DNA from: Blepharisma stoltei ATCC 30299
Lineage: Eukaryota; Protista; Ciliophora
Length of the DNA stretch: 64,000 bases
NCBI GenBank assembly: GCA_965603825.1
Contig: CBFDEM010000062.1
Span: 248,001-312,000 of the forward strand
Direction of reading: 5' to 3'
Below, piece after piece: positions 50,152-61,798 of the stretch. The notes under the pieces are model-generated. The model had not been told where the DNA came from, ran no database searches, and was given only the letters and a program-made list of their open reading frames with translations. Numbering within the stretch: the first letter of the stretch is position 1; every line of letters starts with the position of its first letter. A program made the position numbers and the translations under genes.

Positions 50152-52986
50152 ATGTCATACACTCCCAACTCCAGTGCTAAGCGCGCCCAAAAACTCCAAG
50201 ATCTCTGTCGAAATCTCAATCTCAATGCTCTTATTTTCATCCTTGGTTTAGACAGCAAGCGAAATAGACTTGACGAAAAAGCATTTTTTTGGCTCTTCCA
50301 AGGATTTTCAGGCCAAAACAAACTAAATTCAGTTTCAGTTCCTTTTAAATACGAAGAAGTAGCATGAATAGTCACTCCAAACTCATTTGAAATTTTTGTA
50401 GGAAGTGCTTGCAATGAATTGGCTGACACAGAAAGTGCATTTACTGAAATCCAAAAAATCAGCTGCAGCTGGAATGGAGGAAATGCTACAACAGTCACCA
50501 AAGATGAAGTCTCAGACTCCGAAGCTGCTGAAGAGACTAAAATCTTATGATTTATTAGGTGTATGAAAAAAATTTTAGGTCCTGTAGGTATTTGCTCAGA
50601 TCAGATTGAGACGTGGCCGCTTATTCAAGCTTATGCTATTGATATGTTTGGCTGTGGGTTTTTTTCTAATAGCCATCCGCACGTCAATATCAGTGAAATG
50701 CTTGAGCCTTATTTTTGTGATTTTGATGAGACTGCTGTAGATATTCTGGTTACTGAGCATCTGCCAAGACTAAAGACAACATTTGATCAAACCATTGAAT
50801 TTGTGAATAAAAGGGGATATCCACAGAAAAGGGGTGATGTGAAAGAGGAAGATATTAAAGATTGTATATGCTTGCCCTATGAGTACGTCATGATATCAAA
50901 TCCGAAAGAAGTTGTGCATAAGCCCAAGCTTAAGCTCTGGGGAAAATTTGATGATGGGAAAGCTCTGGTGAAAAATGCTACCCACATGAATGTGCAAGGA
51001 GTTTGTGGGATTTCTGGGCTTATGGTTTCTCGAAGCTGGTTTTTTATACCACAGGGAACTGCTAAAAGCTACTTGGAAAATAAAGTAGAAAATGATATGG
51101 TAGGTGTAATGGAGCTTTATAAAGTCCTTGTAGGAATTACTAAAAAAACTCTTCACCATATTTGTGATCATTCAGTTCAAGAGTTTATAGATTTATTCTT
51201 ATTTGAGCTCTACAAAGATCACTTATTTTTAGCATACCATAACATGCTTAGCGCTGTCAGAGAAGGAATACAAATAAATCTAAATTCCTATGATGCTGAC
51301 GGTGTTTGCCATGATTTCAGCCCAAACCAATACCCATTGCATTCTATACAAATCCTTATTTTTAACATAAAATCTGAAAATTTTGAAGACTTAGGCGGAC
51401 TGTCATTCGGGGAAAGCTTCCTAATCAAAGATGGGAAAATAAAAAATCTCACAGAAAATATTGAACCTTTTATTATGTGGGAAAGCACCGCTAAAAAACA
51501 AATGCAAAGCGAGTTTGGGCAAAGACTTTCAACTTTTGAGAACGTCAAGCTATACGTTGAAAATTGGTGTCCATTTGACGGTGCCTTAATTGTGTATGAG
51601 TCTGGCTGGGGATTTAAGTCAGTTCATCTTGGAGATTTAGAATATGAAATATCAAGTTTTAAAAAAATTGAGCAACACAGCTCTGATCTTGTCTCATTTT
51701 TTTCAGAAAATGCAAGATATGTATTCAAAGTCAGTGCAAGGGCTTCAGGATTTCTTATGTCAGTTTGGAATATTGAAGCTGTTAGCACTGAAGGACCTGA
51801 ATATTTGTATGTGAGAGGATTACAAAAGGAAGAAGAGACTGTAAAAGTTGAAGCAGAAACTAATGAGAAGACAAAACTTTATATTGTAATAGGAATGCCA
51901 GGGTCAGGAAAAACAAGAGCTGCTGAAGATATAGCAAAAGCAATAAAAGCAGAATTCATTAAGCCAAGCTTCAAAGAATCTGTATATCTAAATAAAGAAT
52001 TTTGAAGAAAAAGCTTTGAAGACATAAAGTCTCAAGAAATAGTTGCCGCATTGCCTGGGTTTATGATGCCTGCTGATATCCTAGATCTGATTCCTCCACA
52101 TGTAGAGCTAAAATCTGTGATCGTAAAAATATTTAACAACACATTCTATATGAACAAGCGCAAAGAATTTTTACCACGATTTTTGCCTCAAATTCATGTC
52201 TCAAATTCACTAATTTATGAAGAAAAAGACAGCAATAACGACATTATCAAATTTATTACAGCGCCAAACCCTAGTTTAGAAGTGTTTTGAAGTAAAGGGT
52301 CTATAAGCCCCCAGCAAGCCAGAACAATTTTAAGCAGCGCAACTTCTATTAGGCCTCAATATAGCTATAAACCTCTATACCAACTGCAAACTCTTTTCAT
52401 TAACTGCCCTTTGCCACTATTAGAATCTAAAATCAGACAAAAACTATTAAACGCCCACACAGCTGATGAAGGAAATCTTTCCAATCGGCTTCAATGGGAA
52501 AACAACATGCAGATTTTATATGTGAAAGGCTCTGTATTCCTCAAAGGAAAAACTGAAAACCAAGCAATGTATGATGTTAGAGGCAACACAAAAGAAGTCT
52601 TCTTCAAAGAAGGAAAAAGTGAAGAGCCAGGCTTGCTTTTTATAGGCAGAAATTTAGAAAAAGAAAAACTTATTGAAATGGTATTAGAATGCAGAGCTTA
52701 TACATCTAAATTGCCTCTTAAAACAAGACAACTTTTGGAATCAGAAGAAATTAAGAGAGTTGAGGATACTCTTGGACAGTCAGAAGACTATTTCTTTGAT
52801 GGGACTTATTATATGGACGCTGAAGGAAAACGGTCGCTGCATCATCCAGACCTAGAAGACAAGCTGGAAGAGTACATAGACGAAGAAAATGAAAGGATTG
52901 GCAAATTCAATAGAAGCTTGGAGAAAGAAAACAGCATCATTAGAAAAGCTAATCAAGAAGAAATAATTAAAGAAGTATTCGCTTAG
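50152..52986 (+). CDS. DNAAF9: Dynein axonemal assembly factor 9 (C20orf194/Shulin)-like (about 944 aa)
   Basis: 'R.QKLQ..LIFILGLDSK.N', 'IETWPLIQAYA', P-loop GMPGSGKT, CobW-C-like 'GLLFIGRNLEKEKL'; four ORFs joined by TGA. Confidence 0.7.
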
Positions 52987-52990
52987 TGAA

Positions 52991-54811
52991 TTATCTGTGG
53001 CTTTCTGTCTTATTGCCTGCCATTCTACCTTTGCGTTTTTTCTTCTCCTTTTTAAGCTCATTTGTAGTTTGAAGCTTTTTGTATTCAGCTTGCATTTCGT
53101 CAAGCATTGACCTGACTTTGTTTTGTTTTTGTTCTTTTCCTTGCTGTCTAAGCTTATTTTCTGTGAATTTTTCAGAGACTTCCACTTCTGTCTCTTTCTG
53201 CAGAACTTTTTTAGTTAATTTTGTAGCTTTTTTGGTCTGCATTTTAAGTTTGTCTGTTTCTGTTAAAACTTTATTTGGATCTTTTGCTTGTTTAACTGAT
53301 GTAATTCTGTCAAGAATAAAAGGCTCAAAAGTTTCGATTTCTTGAGGCTTTTCTATTTTGAATTTTATAGGGTTTGTGACAGGCTCGCAGGAGATATTGA
53401 GAGACTTGTCTAAAAATGGTAAAAATTGAGACAAGATTAAAGAAAATGCAGGCTCATTGGAAAATGATTTTTGAATTACAGTGAAAAGGTCGCTTGCCAT
53501 AGTGTGAAGATTGGAATCTGTGAGATCAGAAAAGAGAAGCTTTAAATTAAATTCTTCATTATAAGGCTGCTGGCCAAGATTTTGAAATACTCTTAATAAG
53601 CCTCGTGTACATTCAGGAGAGTAAAAATTATTTGGAGTTAGCCAAATATCGATGTAGACTTTGGCTAGAAGCAAAAAGTTTCGGGTTTGTAATTTATCAA
53701 GGAATGGGAAATAAATGAAAAGCTGTGATGCCATGTCAGTGAGAATTGAAGAAAGAGTATCTGCCAAATTGATGTCAAAAAGTAGACCTGAGATGTGGAA
53801 AAATGCAATGAGATTGAGAGAGAGCTCTTTTCCAAGCTCTGTAGTAAGCTCTAAGCAGGTTTGCTCTGATGCATATGGGTAATCTTTACATAATTCATAG
53901 AAAAATTTGATAATTTCGTCATAATTATTTTTTTTGAATTCTTTTTCCAAATCCCAATTCAAAGCCAAAAATCTTAATGAATGCTCCAAAATTTTTTGCA
54001 GCTTGTCCCTGCTTGCTCTTTTGTAAGCTTTATTCCATAATTTCATTTTTTCTAAGCTCTCAAGAGGTTTCTTTCCCATCTTTTGAGCGAATTCTTCATA
54101 TTCCTGAGGGATTTCCCAGTTTTCTCCAAGCTTTTCAAGCTCTTCTTTTTTTTCAAGAATTTCTGCAGTTTCTTCACTGATGACATTTGCGGAATGCAAA
54201 GTATTATCCATCCTGATTTCGTCTATCAGCTTATCATATTCATCTTCATCTGCAGGCCTTGTTTTATCTTTGAATTTGAGTTTCTGTGTGATTTCTCCCA
54301 AATTCATATCAATGTCTCTCATTATTTCATTGTTTTCGTCTTTTTCTTTTTGCCTCAGCATTTTATGCTGCTTGGATTTTTCAATAATTTCAGCATAAGC
54401 GTCTTTTTTGCTTTTATGGCCACCACCCATTCCAAAGTGTTCTTCATTTACAAGGTCATCATCAATCTTTTGGTGTTTTTTTGGCTTTTCAAGGTCTTCT
54501 TCGTCTGATTGGACGACATCGTAGTCTTCGACATAATCATCTGCAAGATCTTCAAGCTTTACGCCCTTATGTGTCAGTGTAATTGTGTCATCGAGCTCGA
54601 ATTTTTGGTTTCGCCTTGATACAAGTTCTCTTTCTTTTTGAAATCTAATCAAGTATTTTTCTTCTTTGCCAAGGTTTTCATTCTTTTCACCCAGACGTTT
54701 ATCTCTGAAGATACTTTTAGATTTGACTTTTTTGGGGATATCAACAGTTTCTTTTTCTTTGTAAACGAACTTTTTACCACGATTTCTCTTGACTCCGAGC
54801 TTTTTGCCCAT
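52991..54811 (-). CDS. NOP14: Nucleolar protein 14
   Basis: 'FRDKRLGE', 'RFQKER', 'LTHKG..L', 'HFG', 'KSKKDAYAEIIEKSK..K..RQ', 'DEYDKL'. Confidence 0.88.
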   Translation of the reverse strand: MGKKLGVKRNRGKKFVYKEKETVDIPKKVKSKSIFRDKRLGEKNENLGKEEKYLIRFQKERELVSRRNQKFELDDTITLTHKGVKLEDLADDYVEDYDVVQSDEEDLEKPKKHQKIDDDLVNEEHFGMGGGHKSKKDAYAEIIEKSKQHKMLRQKEKDENNEIMRDIDMNLGEITQKLKFKDKTRPADEDEYDKLIDEIRMDNTLHSANVISEETAEILEKKEELEKLGENWEIPQEYEEFAQKMGKKPLESLEKMKLWNKAYKRASRDKLQKILEHSLRFLALNWDLEKEFKKNNYDEIIKFFYELCKDYPYASEQTCLELTTELGKELSLNLIAFFHISGLLFDINLADTLSSILTDMASQLFIYFPFLDKLQTRNFLLLAKVYIDIWLTPNNFYSPECTRGLLRVFQNLGQQPYNEEFNLKLLFSDLTDSNLHTMASDLFTVIQKSFSNEPAFSLILSQFLPFLDKSLNISCEPVTNPIKFKIEKPQEIETFEPFILDRITSVKQAKDPNKVLTETDKLKMQTKKATKLTKKVLQKETEVEVSEKFTENKLRQQGKEQKQNKVRSMLDEMQAEYKKLQTTNELKKEKKKRKGRMAGNKTESHR

Positions 54812-54986
54812 TTTTAGCCTTAAGATTAAAAATATTTCATAATGGCTTTCTATGGTTTCGTATAATTAAAGAGTTTTACTGTCTTTATGGCACTAAAGCT
54901 TGGATTTCTTTTTATATTTTAATTTTGAAATAATCAATTAATTACGAAGTCTATGAGTTGCAAGATAAGCTGCTCATAATAATGAA

Positions 54987-55670
54987 ATGAAAGGCCTCAT
55001 TGTCATTTATGCTTTATATTTAATTACAGTTATCAGTGATGACAGGTCTGATCAAGATGATTCTTGTACCGAAACATGTGTGTGCAGCCCTTATAAGCTA
55101 GGTAATGATAAATGTGATGATGAATGTGATAATTGTGGATGTGATTACGATCATGGTGATTGTCATCATTTAGGCTCAAAGGATGCAATAATAATTGGCT
55201 TGAGTATAGGTGGTGGGGTTTCTCTTATGTAAACTTTATTTAGACTGTCCTGTATTTTTATACCTAAAATTTATAAATTATTGAGAAAGCGAAGCTCCAG
55301 AGTTATTATGGCCTCTATAAGAAATGCGAATCCAGCTCATTATAGGGAATCTTTAAATACATCAAATAGTTCTTTTATGGAGAATTTCTTCAATGAAGAT
55401 TTCATAGGGAAGTATATTGCTAAGCAATATCCAGCTGAAGATTTGAAGATGAAAGATAACACTCTATGTACAATTTGTTTTGAAGGCTTCGGAGAAGGTC
55501 AAGCTGTTAGAAAAACATACTGTGAACATTTCTTTCATACTGCATGCTTAGATGAATGGATTATCCATTACAAGCATATGAAATGTCCTAACTGTAACAA
55601 AGAGTTTAAATTTTCCATGCAAGATTATCGAATACCTATGGTTCGCCAAAGCGAAAATTACACCTCTTAA
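54987..55670 (+). CDS. Signal peptide + LNR (Notch/Lin-12) repeat + TM + RING-H2 protein, one 15-nt intron
   Basis: LNR 'C....LGNDKCDDECDNCGCDYDHGDC'; RING-H2 'CTICFEGF....VRKTYCEHFFHTACLDEW......CPNC'. Confidence 0.85.
55229..55243 (+). other. 15-nt intron GTAAACTTTATTTAG
   Basis: Removes an in-frame TAA and restores a continuous TM helix. Confidence 0.85.
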
Positions 55671-55839
55671 TCTTGAAAAAATATCAATATTTATTTAAAA
55701 AAGCCTAAAAATAAATAAATTTTAGCTTTATTTGAGATTTTAAACTAACTATTTTGCAATTTCTTAGTGGATTTAATTCAATTCTATGGAATTGTTCAAA
55801 TAAATATCTTAGGGTTGAGATGATTAATTATTTAATTAA

Positions 55840-57045
55840 TTATTTCTCATGAGAAAGATCTTTTGGAATTTCCCATGAAAAATCAGAATCACCTTCTCTC
55901 CCAAAATGCCCATACGAAGCAGTTTTTTGGTAAATTGGTCTGTTAAGTCTAAGATCTCTTATGATGCACCCAGGTCTCAAGTCAAAGTTTTTCAGAACAA
56001 TATGCAAAAGATCTTCATCAGTTTTTCCATCCTTAGCAGTCCCATAGCTATCCAAAGTTACAGACAACGGATAAGCAATTCCAATTGAATAAGAGACTTG
56101 AATATTTACTCTATCACAAAATCCTCCTTTCACGAGCGATTTTGCGATCCATCTAGCAGCATAAGCAGCTGATCTATCTACCTTCGTTGGGTCTTTTCCT
56201 GAAAAAGCACCGCCACCATGATGTCCCCATCCTCCATAAGTATCAATAATGATTTTCCTTCCAGTAAGCCCTGCATCTCCTTTTGGACCTCCTGATGTAA
56301 ATGAATTTGAAGGATTTAAATGATAAATGGTTCTTTCATCTAAATATTGGGCTGGAACAACTGGAATAATAACATGGTTCATTAAGTCACTTCTTATTTG
56401 CTCATTAGTGACCCAAGGCTCATGCTGAGTTGATATAAGAATAGTATGGACTCTAACAGGGATCACAAGCCCTCCTTCTTTTCTGTACTCTACAGTGACT
56501 TGTGTTTTTCCATCAGGTCTGAGCCAAGTTAAGGTGCCATTCTTTCTTAAATCTCTCAATCTTATTCCTAGATGAGTCGCAAGCTTATGAGATAGCGGCA
56601 TGCATTCTGGAGTTTCATTAGTGGCATAGCCAAACATCAAGCCTTGATCACCTGCTCCTATATCTTCGATGGCTTTATTTCTATGCACAGCATCTGCAAT
56701 TTCACTATCTTGCTGCTCAAGAACTACCTTGACCTCGCAGTTATTGCAGTCAATTCCTTTTTCGTCACTGTCATAGCCAATCTGCCTCAAGGTATTTCTC
56801 ACGACTTCTTGATAGTTCACTACAGCAGATGTTGTAATTTCTCCAAAAATCATGACTAGGTTGGTTTTAGTGCATGATTTGCATGCAACTTTTGAGTTAG
56901 GGTCTTGAGCAAGGCATGCGTCAACAACAGCATCTGAAATCTGGTCACAGAGCTTGTCAGGATGGCCTTCATTTACACTTTCTGAAGAGTAAAGGAAGTG
57001 GCCTGGAGGTAGCTGGATAATTGGTGTGAGGTAGCCTGTGCTCAT
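55840..57045 (-). CDS. metK: S-adenosylmethionine synthetase
   Basis: [64 protein letters not shown]. Confidence 0.97.
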   Translation of the reverse strand: MSTGYLTPIIQLPPGHFLYSSESVNEGHPDKLCDQISDAVVDACLAQDPNSKVACKSCTKTNLVMIFGEITTSAVVNYQEVVRNTLRQIGYDSDEKGIDCNNCEVKVVLEQQDSEIADAVHRNKAIEDIGAGDQGLMFGYATNETPECMPLSHKLATHLGIRLRDLRKNGTLTWLRPDGKTQVTVEYRKEGGLVIPVRVHTILISTQHEPWVTNEQIRSDLMNHVIIPVVPAQYLDERTIYHLNPSNSFTSGGPKGDAGLTGRKIIIDTYGGWGHHGGGAFSGKDPTKVDRSAAYAARWIAKSLVKGGFCDRVNIQVSYSIGIAYPLSVTLDSYGTAKDGKTDEDLLHIVLKNFDLRPGCIIRDLRLNRPIYQKTASYGHFGREGDSDFSWEIPKDLSHEK

Positions 57046-57643
57046 CTGGTGGAGATTTAATATTAATTATTATAAATGGATAATTAGAATTAAAAATGCA
57101 TAGACTAATTAATTGGCTATAGTAATTCGTAGTTAAGTAGGGCAAACTTAATTTATCTGTAGTAATAAGGGACAAATAAATCGCTAATTTTAAATTTAGC
57201 TGATCTAATTTTTTAAGTTTACTAAACCTTCTATGAAAAGAATTAGCAATTATAGAAGAAACATAAGATGCTAAATCATCTGTTTAATTATCAAAATGAA
57301 TTTTTGAATTTTTTTCCTTTATTTCATATGGCTAATTTGCTGAAATTAAATATTGGAGAAAAGACTCATATAAGCTTCTTTTATTCAATTATAATATTTT
57401 ATCTATTTTTAATGATTTATTGATAAAACATCACATTTTGATTAAATTGAATAATAAAAATCACATATAAAATTTCTTAAGTTGTTAAATTAGTGTATTT
57501 TCATTTTTCATCGCCTTAATAATTATCCTCAAGTTTTCTTAAAATATACAGCACGTCTTACTGAAATACTTGAATATTAAGAAATAATGCTTTCCATGTT
57601 TTATTTACACTTATAATTATCAAAATATTATAGAAGGAATCAA

Positions 57644-58552
57644 ATGATGAAAGATATCGACATGGCAGATGTCCAGGACTTATATAATGATTTAAGTGAA
57701 AATCGTATACTAGATGAAGATTCGTCCAGTATTTACCAATCAATAAGCAGCATAAACCCTCAGGAAAGCCAAGACAGCATAAAAAATGATGTTAATGAGA
57801 TCAAAAAGCCAGGAAGAAAAAGGGATAGAGACACCCAAATCCTTTCTATGTTTTTCACCCGCAAAAGCAAAGCTGGAACTCCTCCTAAAAAAGAGTATTT
57901 AAGATGCAAGCTAATTCGTGGGCATAAAAGAGCGAATCGCCAAATCAAGGATGGAGTGCATCCAAGCAAGACTATTCACAAGTTTGACCTGGCCAATGGA
58001 AAAGCACGAGACATATGACACACTTTGCAGCTGCATTTCTTCAAGAACCGATACGTTCTTGAAACTGAAAGTCTGACTGAGTCCGGACCTACTACAGATG
58101 GCAAAAAGAAAAGAGGCAAAGAGATCATTGACAAAAGCACTCAAAAAAGTTTCAACACTGAATACGTGAAAAGATACTTCCTAAACGAAGCTACTAAAAT
58201 TTCTTTTTATTACTACGTTGAACTAATTTTTGCTGATATGAACCCAGATGTCCTCTGTGACAAATTTGATTTTTTTTGTTGCAAGCCACTTGATCATGAT
58301 GCTAGTTGTACTGAAAAATGAACATCACTGAAGATTTATCTTCAAAAATTGATGTTTGAAGACTTAAAACTAGAACCATGGAGACCTGAAGGAGAAAGCC
58401 CACTAGGTGGGATTAATGGGATTCCTCATAATGACTTATGTATGTTTAATGAAGAACTTGAAAGAGTGGACATTGAAAAACTTGAAGAAATAGACCTTGA
58501 AGACCTTATTGATTCAAATATGAACTATGACTGGGGAGATCAAGAAATATAA
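57644..58552 (+). CDS. Hypothetical protein (about 302 aa) with basic central domain and acidic tail
   Basis: Three ORFs in one frame joined by TGA at 58016 and 58319; 'KKEYLRCKLIRGHKRANR'. Confidence 0.7.
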
Positions 58553-58632
58553 TAAAGTATAAAATTATCTTATCCAATTTGGCCGTTATCTCAATAAATT
58601 GATATATTATAGACATTTGCATGTCAAAATGA

Positions 58633-59901
58633 TTACATTTTATTCCTTAAATTAATCCAATCCTCAATGTATTTCTGGAAAACTGCTTCACTGCAATGGT
58701 TTTCAATAAATCTATGATTTAGTAACTCTTGGGCGCTAGGTCTGTTTTTAGGATTTTTTTGCATGCAGAGATTAACGAACTCTTTGAAGTCCGCGCTTCA
58801 TTTAGTCTCATCAGTAAATTGATAAGATGGGCGTGTTGAAATTAATAGCATCGCTTTTTCTGGGCTTTCATTAATAAAAGGAGGGTTTCCTTCAGCCATT
58901 TCAATCACCACAATCCCAATAGACCACACATCACATTTTTTGTCATAAGGCTCTCCTTGGATTACTTCAGGAGCCATCCAGTAAGGCGTCCCTGCAACTG
59001 TAATTCTCCTTTCATTCTCAGACGCCAGCTGAGCGCAATTTCCAAAATCATTCAGTTTTACTTCTCCCTACATAAAAAATACAGAAACAGATAGCAAAAT
59101 ATTTTCTGACTTAATGTCTCTATGCATTCTATTTTTGCTGTGGAGCCATGAAACTCCTCGGAATATTTCTAAGCAGATGTAGCTAATGATGTGCTCTGGG
59201 ATGGCACCTGCATTTTCTTTTATAAAGACTGTTAAGTTGCATTTCAAAGCTTCCATTGCGACCCATATCTCACTATTTTATTTTTACTTTTTGTAGTGGT
59301 AAGCATTGTAATATTTGACAATATTTTCGTGGTTTGATAACTGTAATATAGCTATTTCGTCTAGGATATTTTGTCTTTGCTCGCTGTTTCGGACTTTCAT
59401 TCTTTTTAAAGCAACTTCTCGGCCTGTTTTCTTGTGGTGGGCTCGGAAAACGGAGCTAGTTCCGCCATTTCCAATTCGGGATACGAGGTTATACTCTTTT
59501 AGAGGGTCTTGGGAAGTGAGGCTGACTTTGGCCTTGATGATTTCTTTATGATTAGGATTATGATGAGTTAATGCATCTTCTAAAGAATCGTCTTGAATTA
59601 TCATGGAAGCAGAAAACTCAGGCTGTGGACTGTCTGCTAGCTCTTTTCTACCAATATCGGATTCGTGCAGTGACCGTCTCATCCCTAAAGACTTGTTTTG
59701 CCCGGCGCAACTCAGACAGAAGTTGGAGACTTTAAATGGTCAAAATAATTTAGTAGTTGTGCTGCAATTCCTGCAAAATACATATTCTAAGTAAACCTTA
59801 CTGCATATTTTACATTTTCTTCTCTTGCTAAAAAATGTTAGGCTTTTCTCACACTTATGGCACTTCGAGCTTTTCTTGAATAGCTTTGATAATCTTTCCA
59901 T
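58633..59901 (-). CDS. FYVE-like Zn finger + STE20/PAK-type kinase, three 15-nt introns
   Basis: MERL..KCHKC..FFSKRERKCKICKYVFCRNC...FCLSC; GNGGTSSV, VALK, EIWVAME, HRDIKSEN, DFG, GTPYWMAPE, DVWS.G...IEMAEG.PP. Confidence 0.88.
59068..59082 (-). other. 15-nt intron GTATTTTTTATGTAG
   Basis: Splicing gives ILLSVS|GEVKLNDFG. Confidence 0.9.
59273..59287 (-). other. 15-nt intron GTAAAAATAAAATAG
   Basis: Splicing gives YHYKN EIWVAME. Confidence 0.9.
59787..59801 (-). other. Stop-free 15-nt intron GTAAGGTTTACTTAG
   Basis: Perfect consensus; removal restores FYVE spacing CxxCxxVFCxxC. Confidence 0.75.
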
Positions 59902-60074
59902 TGATCAGAAGTATTACCACAATAATAAAAAGATATTATTTATATTTCAAGTAAAAAATTTCTTTCTTTTTAAATTAAATTCCTATAATAAATCTTTAAT
60001 TATCAATATGAATGAAAGGAAATTTTTTTTACTATTATTGCTGTTCAGCATTATTCTTAACGGGAAGAGCCTAT

Positions 60075-60851
60075 TTACTCAAACTGATTTACAACCGGAT
60101 CGATTACCATATCCTTTATTCTTGCTAATTTCTCTCCAAATGTCATAGCAGGCTTCTCTATTTGAAATTTTTCAAACTCATAGGGCCTAATGTGAGTGTC
60201 TGCAGTTTCCAATTTTTCTTTTGCTGTGGTCAAATTATTTGGAGTGATTGACCTCCCATGAGAAGGGCTAGAATCTCTTCTAAAATTCTTTCCTATACTA
60301 TTAATAGGACTCTGTGAATATAGTATAATTTTTGATTTTGGGTTTATATAAATTATATTTGGCTTATAAAGTCGGCTTTCTTCAAAAAGGATTTTTTCAT
60401 GAGTAAAAAAGCCTTCATTTTTTTGAATTAATTTTTTTCTTCTCGGAGATGCGTTTGGGTCAGCTGTTTTCGAGCGTAATCGATATTTTCTTTGTGTCCT
60501 GTTTGCTGAAAATGTGCAAGCAGTAGGGGAAAAGAGCTGACTTTTTGCATCATATTTTAGACGAGAGGTATTGTCAACAAAATCATTTAAAAAGTCAGGA
60601 ATTTCAGCCATGGGTGTGCCTTTGGATTGCCTTAGTTCATTTTTAGTTAAAAATGTATCAACGTGCATGTTCAGAGGATAAATTCTTTTACTAAAATTCG
60701 CAAGATTAGTAGGCTTGGATTTTATGGTTAATTGGCTATGATTAGGCTTGATTGCTTGAAAACTCAAATGATTCATTCTTTCTGGGGTCATAGCTCTGAT
60801 TGGTGAAGGAAATGCACGAGGAAGAATGTCATATTGTTTTGATTTATTCAT
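60075..60851 (-). CDS. Hypothetical basic Ser/Pro-rich protein
   Basis: 258-aa ATG-to-TAA ORF flanked by AT-rich spacers. Confidence 0.65.
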   Translation of the reverse strand: MNKSKQYDILPRAFPSPIRAMTPERMNHLSFQAIKPNHSQLTIKSKPTNLANFSKRIYPLNMHVDTFLTKNELRQSKGTPMAEIPDFLNDFVDNTSRLKYDAKSQLFSPTACTFSANRTQRKYRLRSKTADPNASPRRKKLIQKNEGFFTHEKILFEESRLYKPNIIYINPKSKIILYSQSPINSIGKNFRRDSSPSHGRSITPNNLTTAKEKLETADTHIRPYEFEKFQIEKPAMTFGEKLARIKDMVIDPVVNQFE

Positions 60852-61273
60852 TTTGTTGTTTTAAATGATTGATTCTTTTCAATTCTAATATCAGTAAAAT
60901 ACATTTCTAATTATTCAAAAGAAAGCAAAATTAATTTTTTTAAGGCGAAATTATTTAGCATAAATAAAGCTTTATGATAATTTGCAAATCTCCCAGTTCT
61001 GATTCTTAATCAAATTTAATTCATAAAATTTAATTTTTAATTAATGTAAAAATTGCAGACAAACTATTTATATTAAATCCTAAATTCATTTTTCTCTGGG
61101 TTTTTCCCTTATTTGCAAATTTAATATAATAAAATTTTATCGTGTTTCCCCTAACATAACTTCAGACTAGAAAAGAAATAAGGATTTTAATTCTAAGCTC
61201 AAGCACAAACACAACAAGAGAAATGAAAAATAAAGAAACAAAAACCGGTTTCAAATACTAAAACTCAATTAAA

Positions 61274-61618
61274 TTATGATGTAAATTTAGTGACTGCCTT
61301 AGTTCCTTCACTGACGGCGTGTTTTGCAAGTTCACCAGGGAGAATAAGTCTTACTGAAGTTTGGACTTCTCTGCTGCTGAGAGTTCTTTTCTTTTCGTAT
61401 CTGACGAGTTTGCTTGCTTCAAAGCAGACTCTTTCGAAAATATCGTTGATGAATGAGTTCATAATGCTCATTGATCTTTTAGAGATTCCAATATCTGGGT
61501 GGACTTGTTTTAGGACTCTGTAAATGTAGAGAGCGAAAGTTTCTGATCTCTTCTTTCCTTTCTTCTTGTCTACGTGCTTGGCGGCTCCTGATTCTACTTT
61601 CTTAGTGTCTTTAACCAT
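61274..61618 (-). CDS. H2B: Histone H2B
   Basis: [36 protein letters not shown]...[30 protein letters not shown]. Confidence 0.98.
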   Translation of the reverse strand: MVKDTKKVESGAAKHVDKKKGKKRSETFALYIYRVLKQVHPDIGISKRSMSIMNSFINDIFERVCFEASKLVRYEKKRTLSSREVQTSVRLILPGELAKHAVSEGTKAVTKFTS

Positions 61619-61647
61619 TTTATTATATTGAGTCCCATATTTTCGAA

Positions 61648-61699
61648 CTATTTATATACAAAAATAATCCTCAAAATGGATTTTGATTGGCTGATTAAA
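61648..61699 (-). promoter_or_regulatory. Putative TATA-like and CCAAT elements upstream of H2B
   Basis: Minus-strand TATATAAATAG about 30-40 nt and CAGCCAATC about 70 nt upstream of the ATG; the AT-rich background weakens the call. Confidence 0.35.
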
Positions 61700-61798
61700 A
61701 ATATCTATTTAGATATGGATAACAAAATTTAATAAAGGGAATATCCAATTACTAACGAAAAGTACAAAATTAAATAAACGTGTTTTTTGAAGACCAAA

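Noticed and set aside
61242-61251. Palindrome AAACCGGTTT downstream of H2B as a histone stem-loop
   Set aside because: Does not match the canonical 6-bp stem, 4-nt loop histone element; too short to support.
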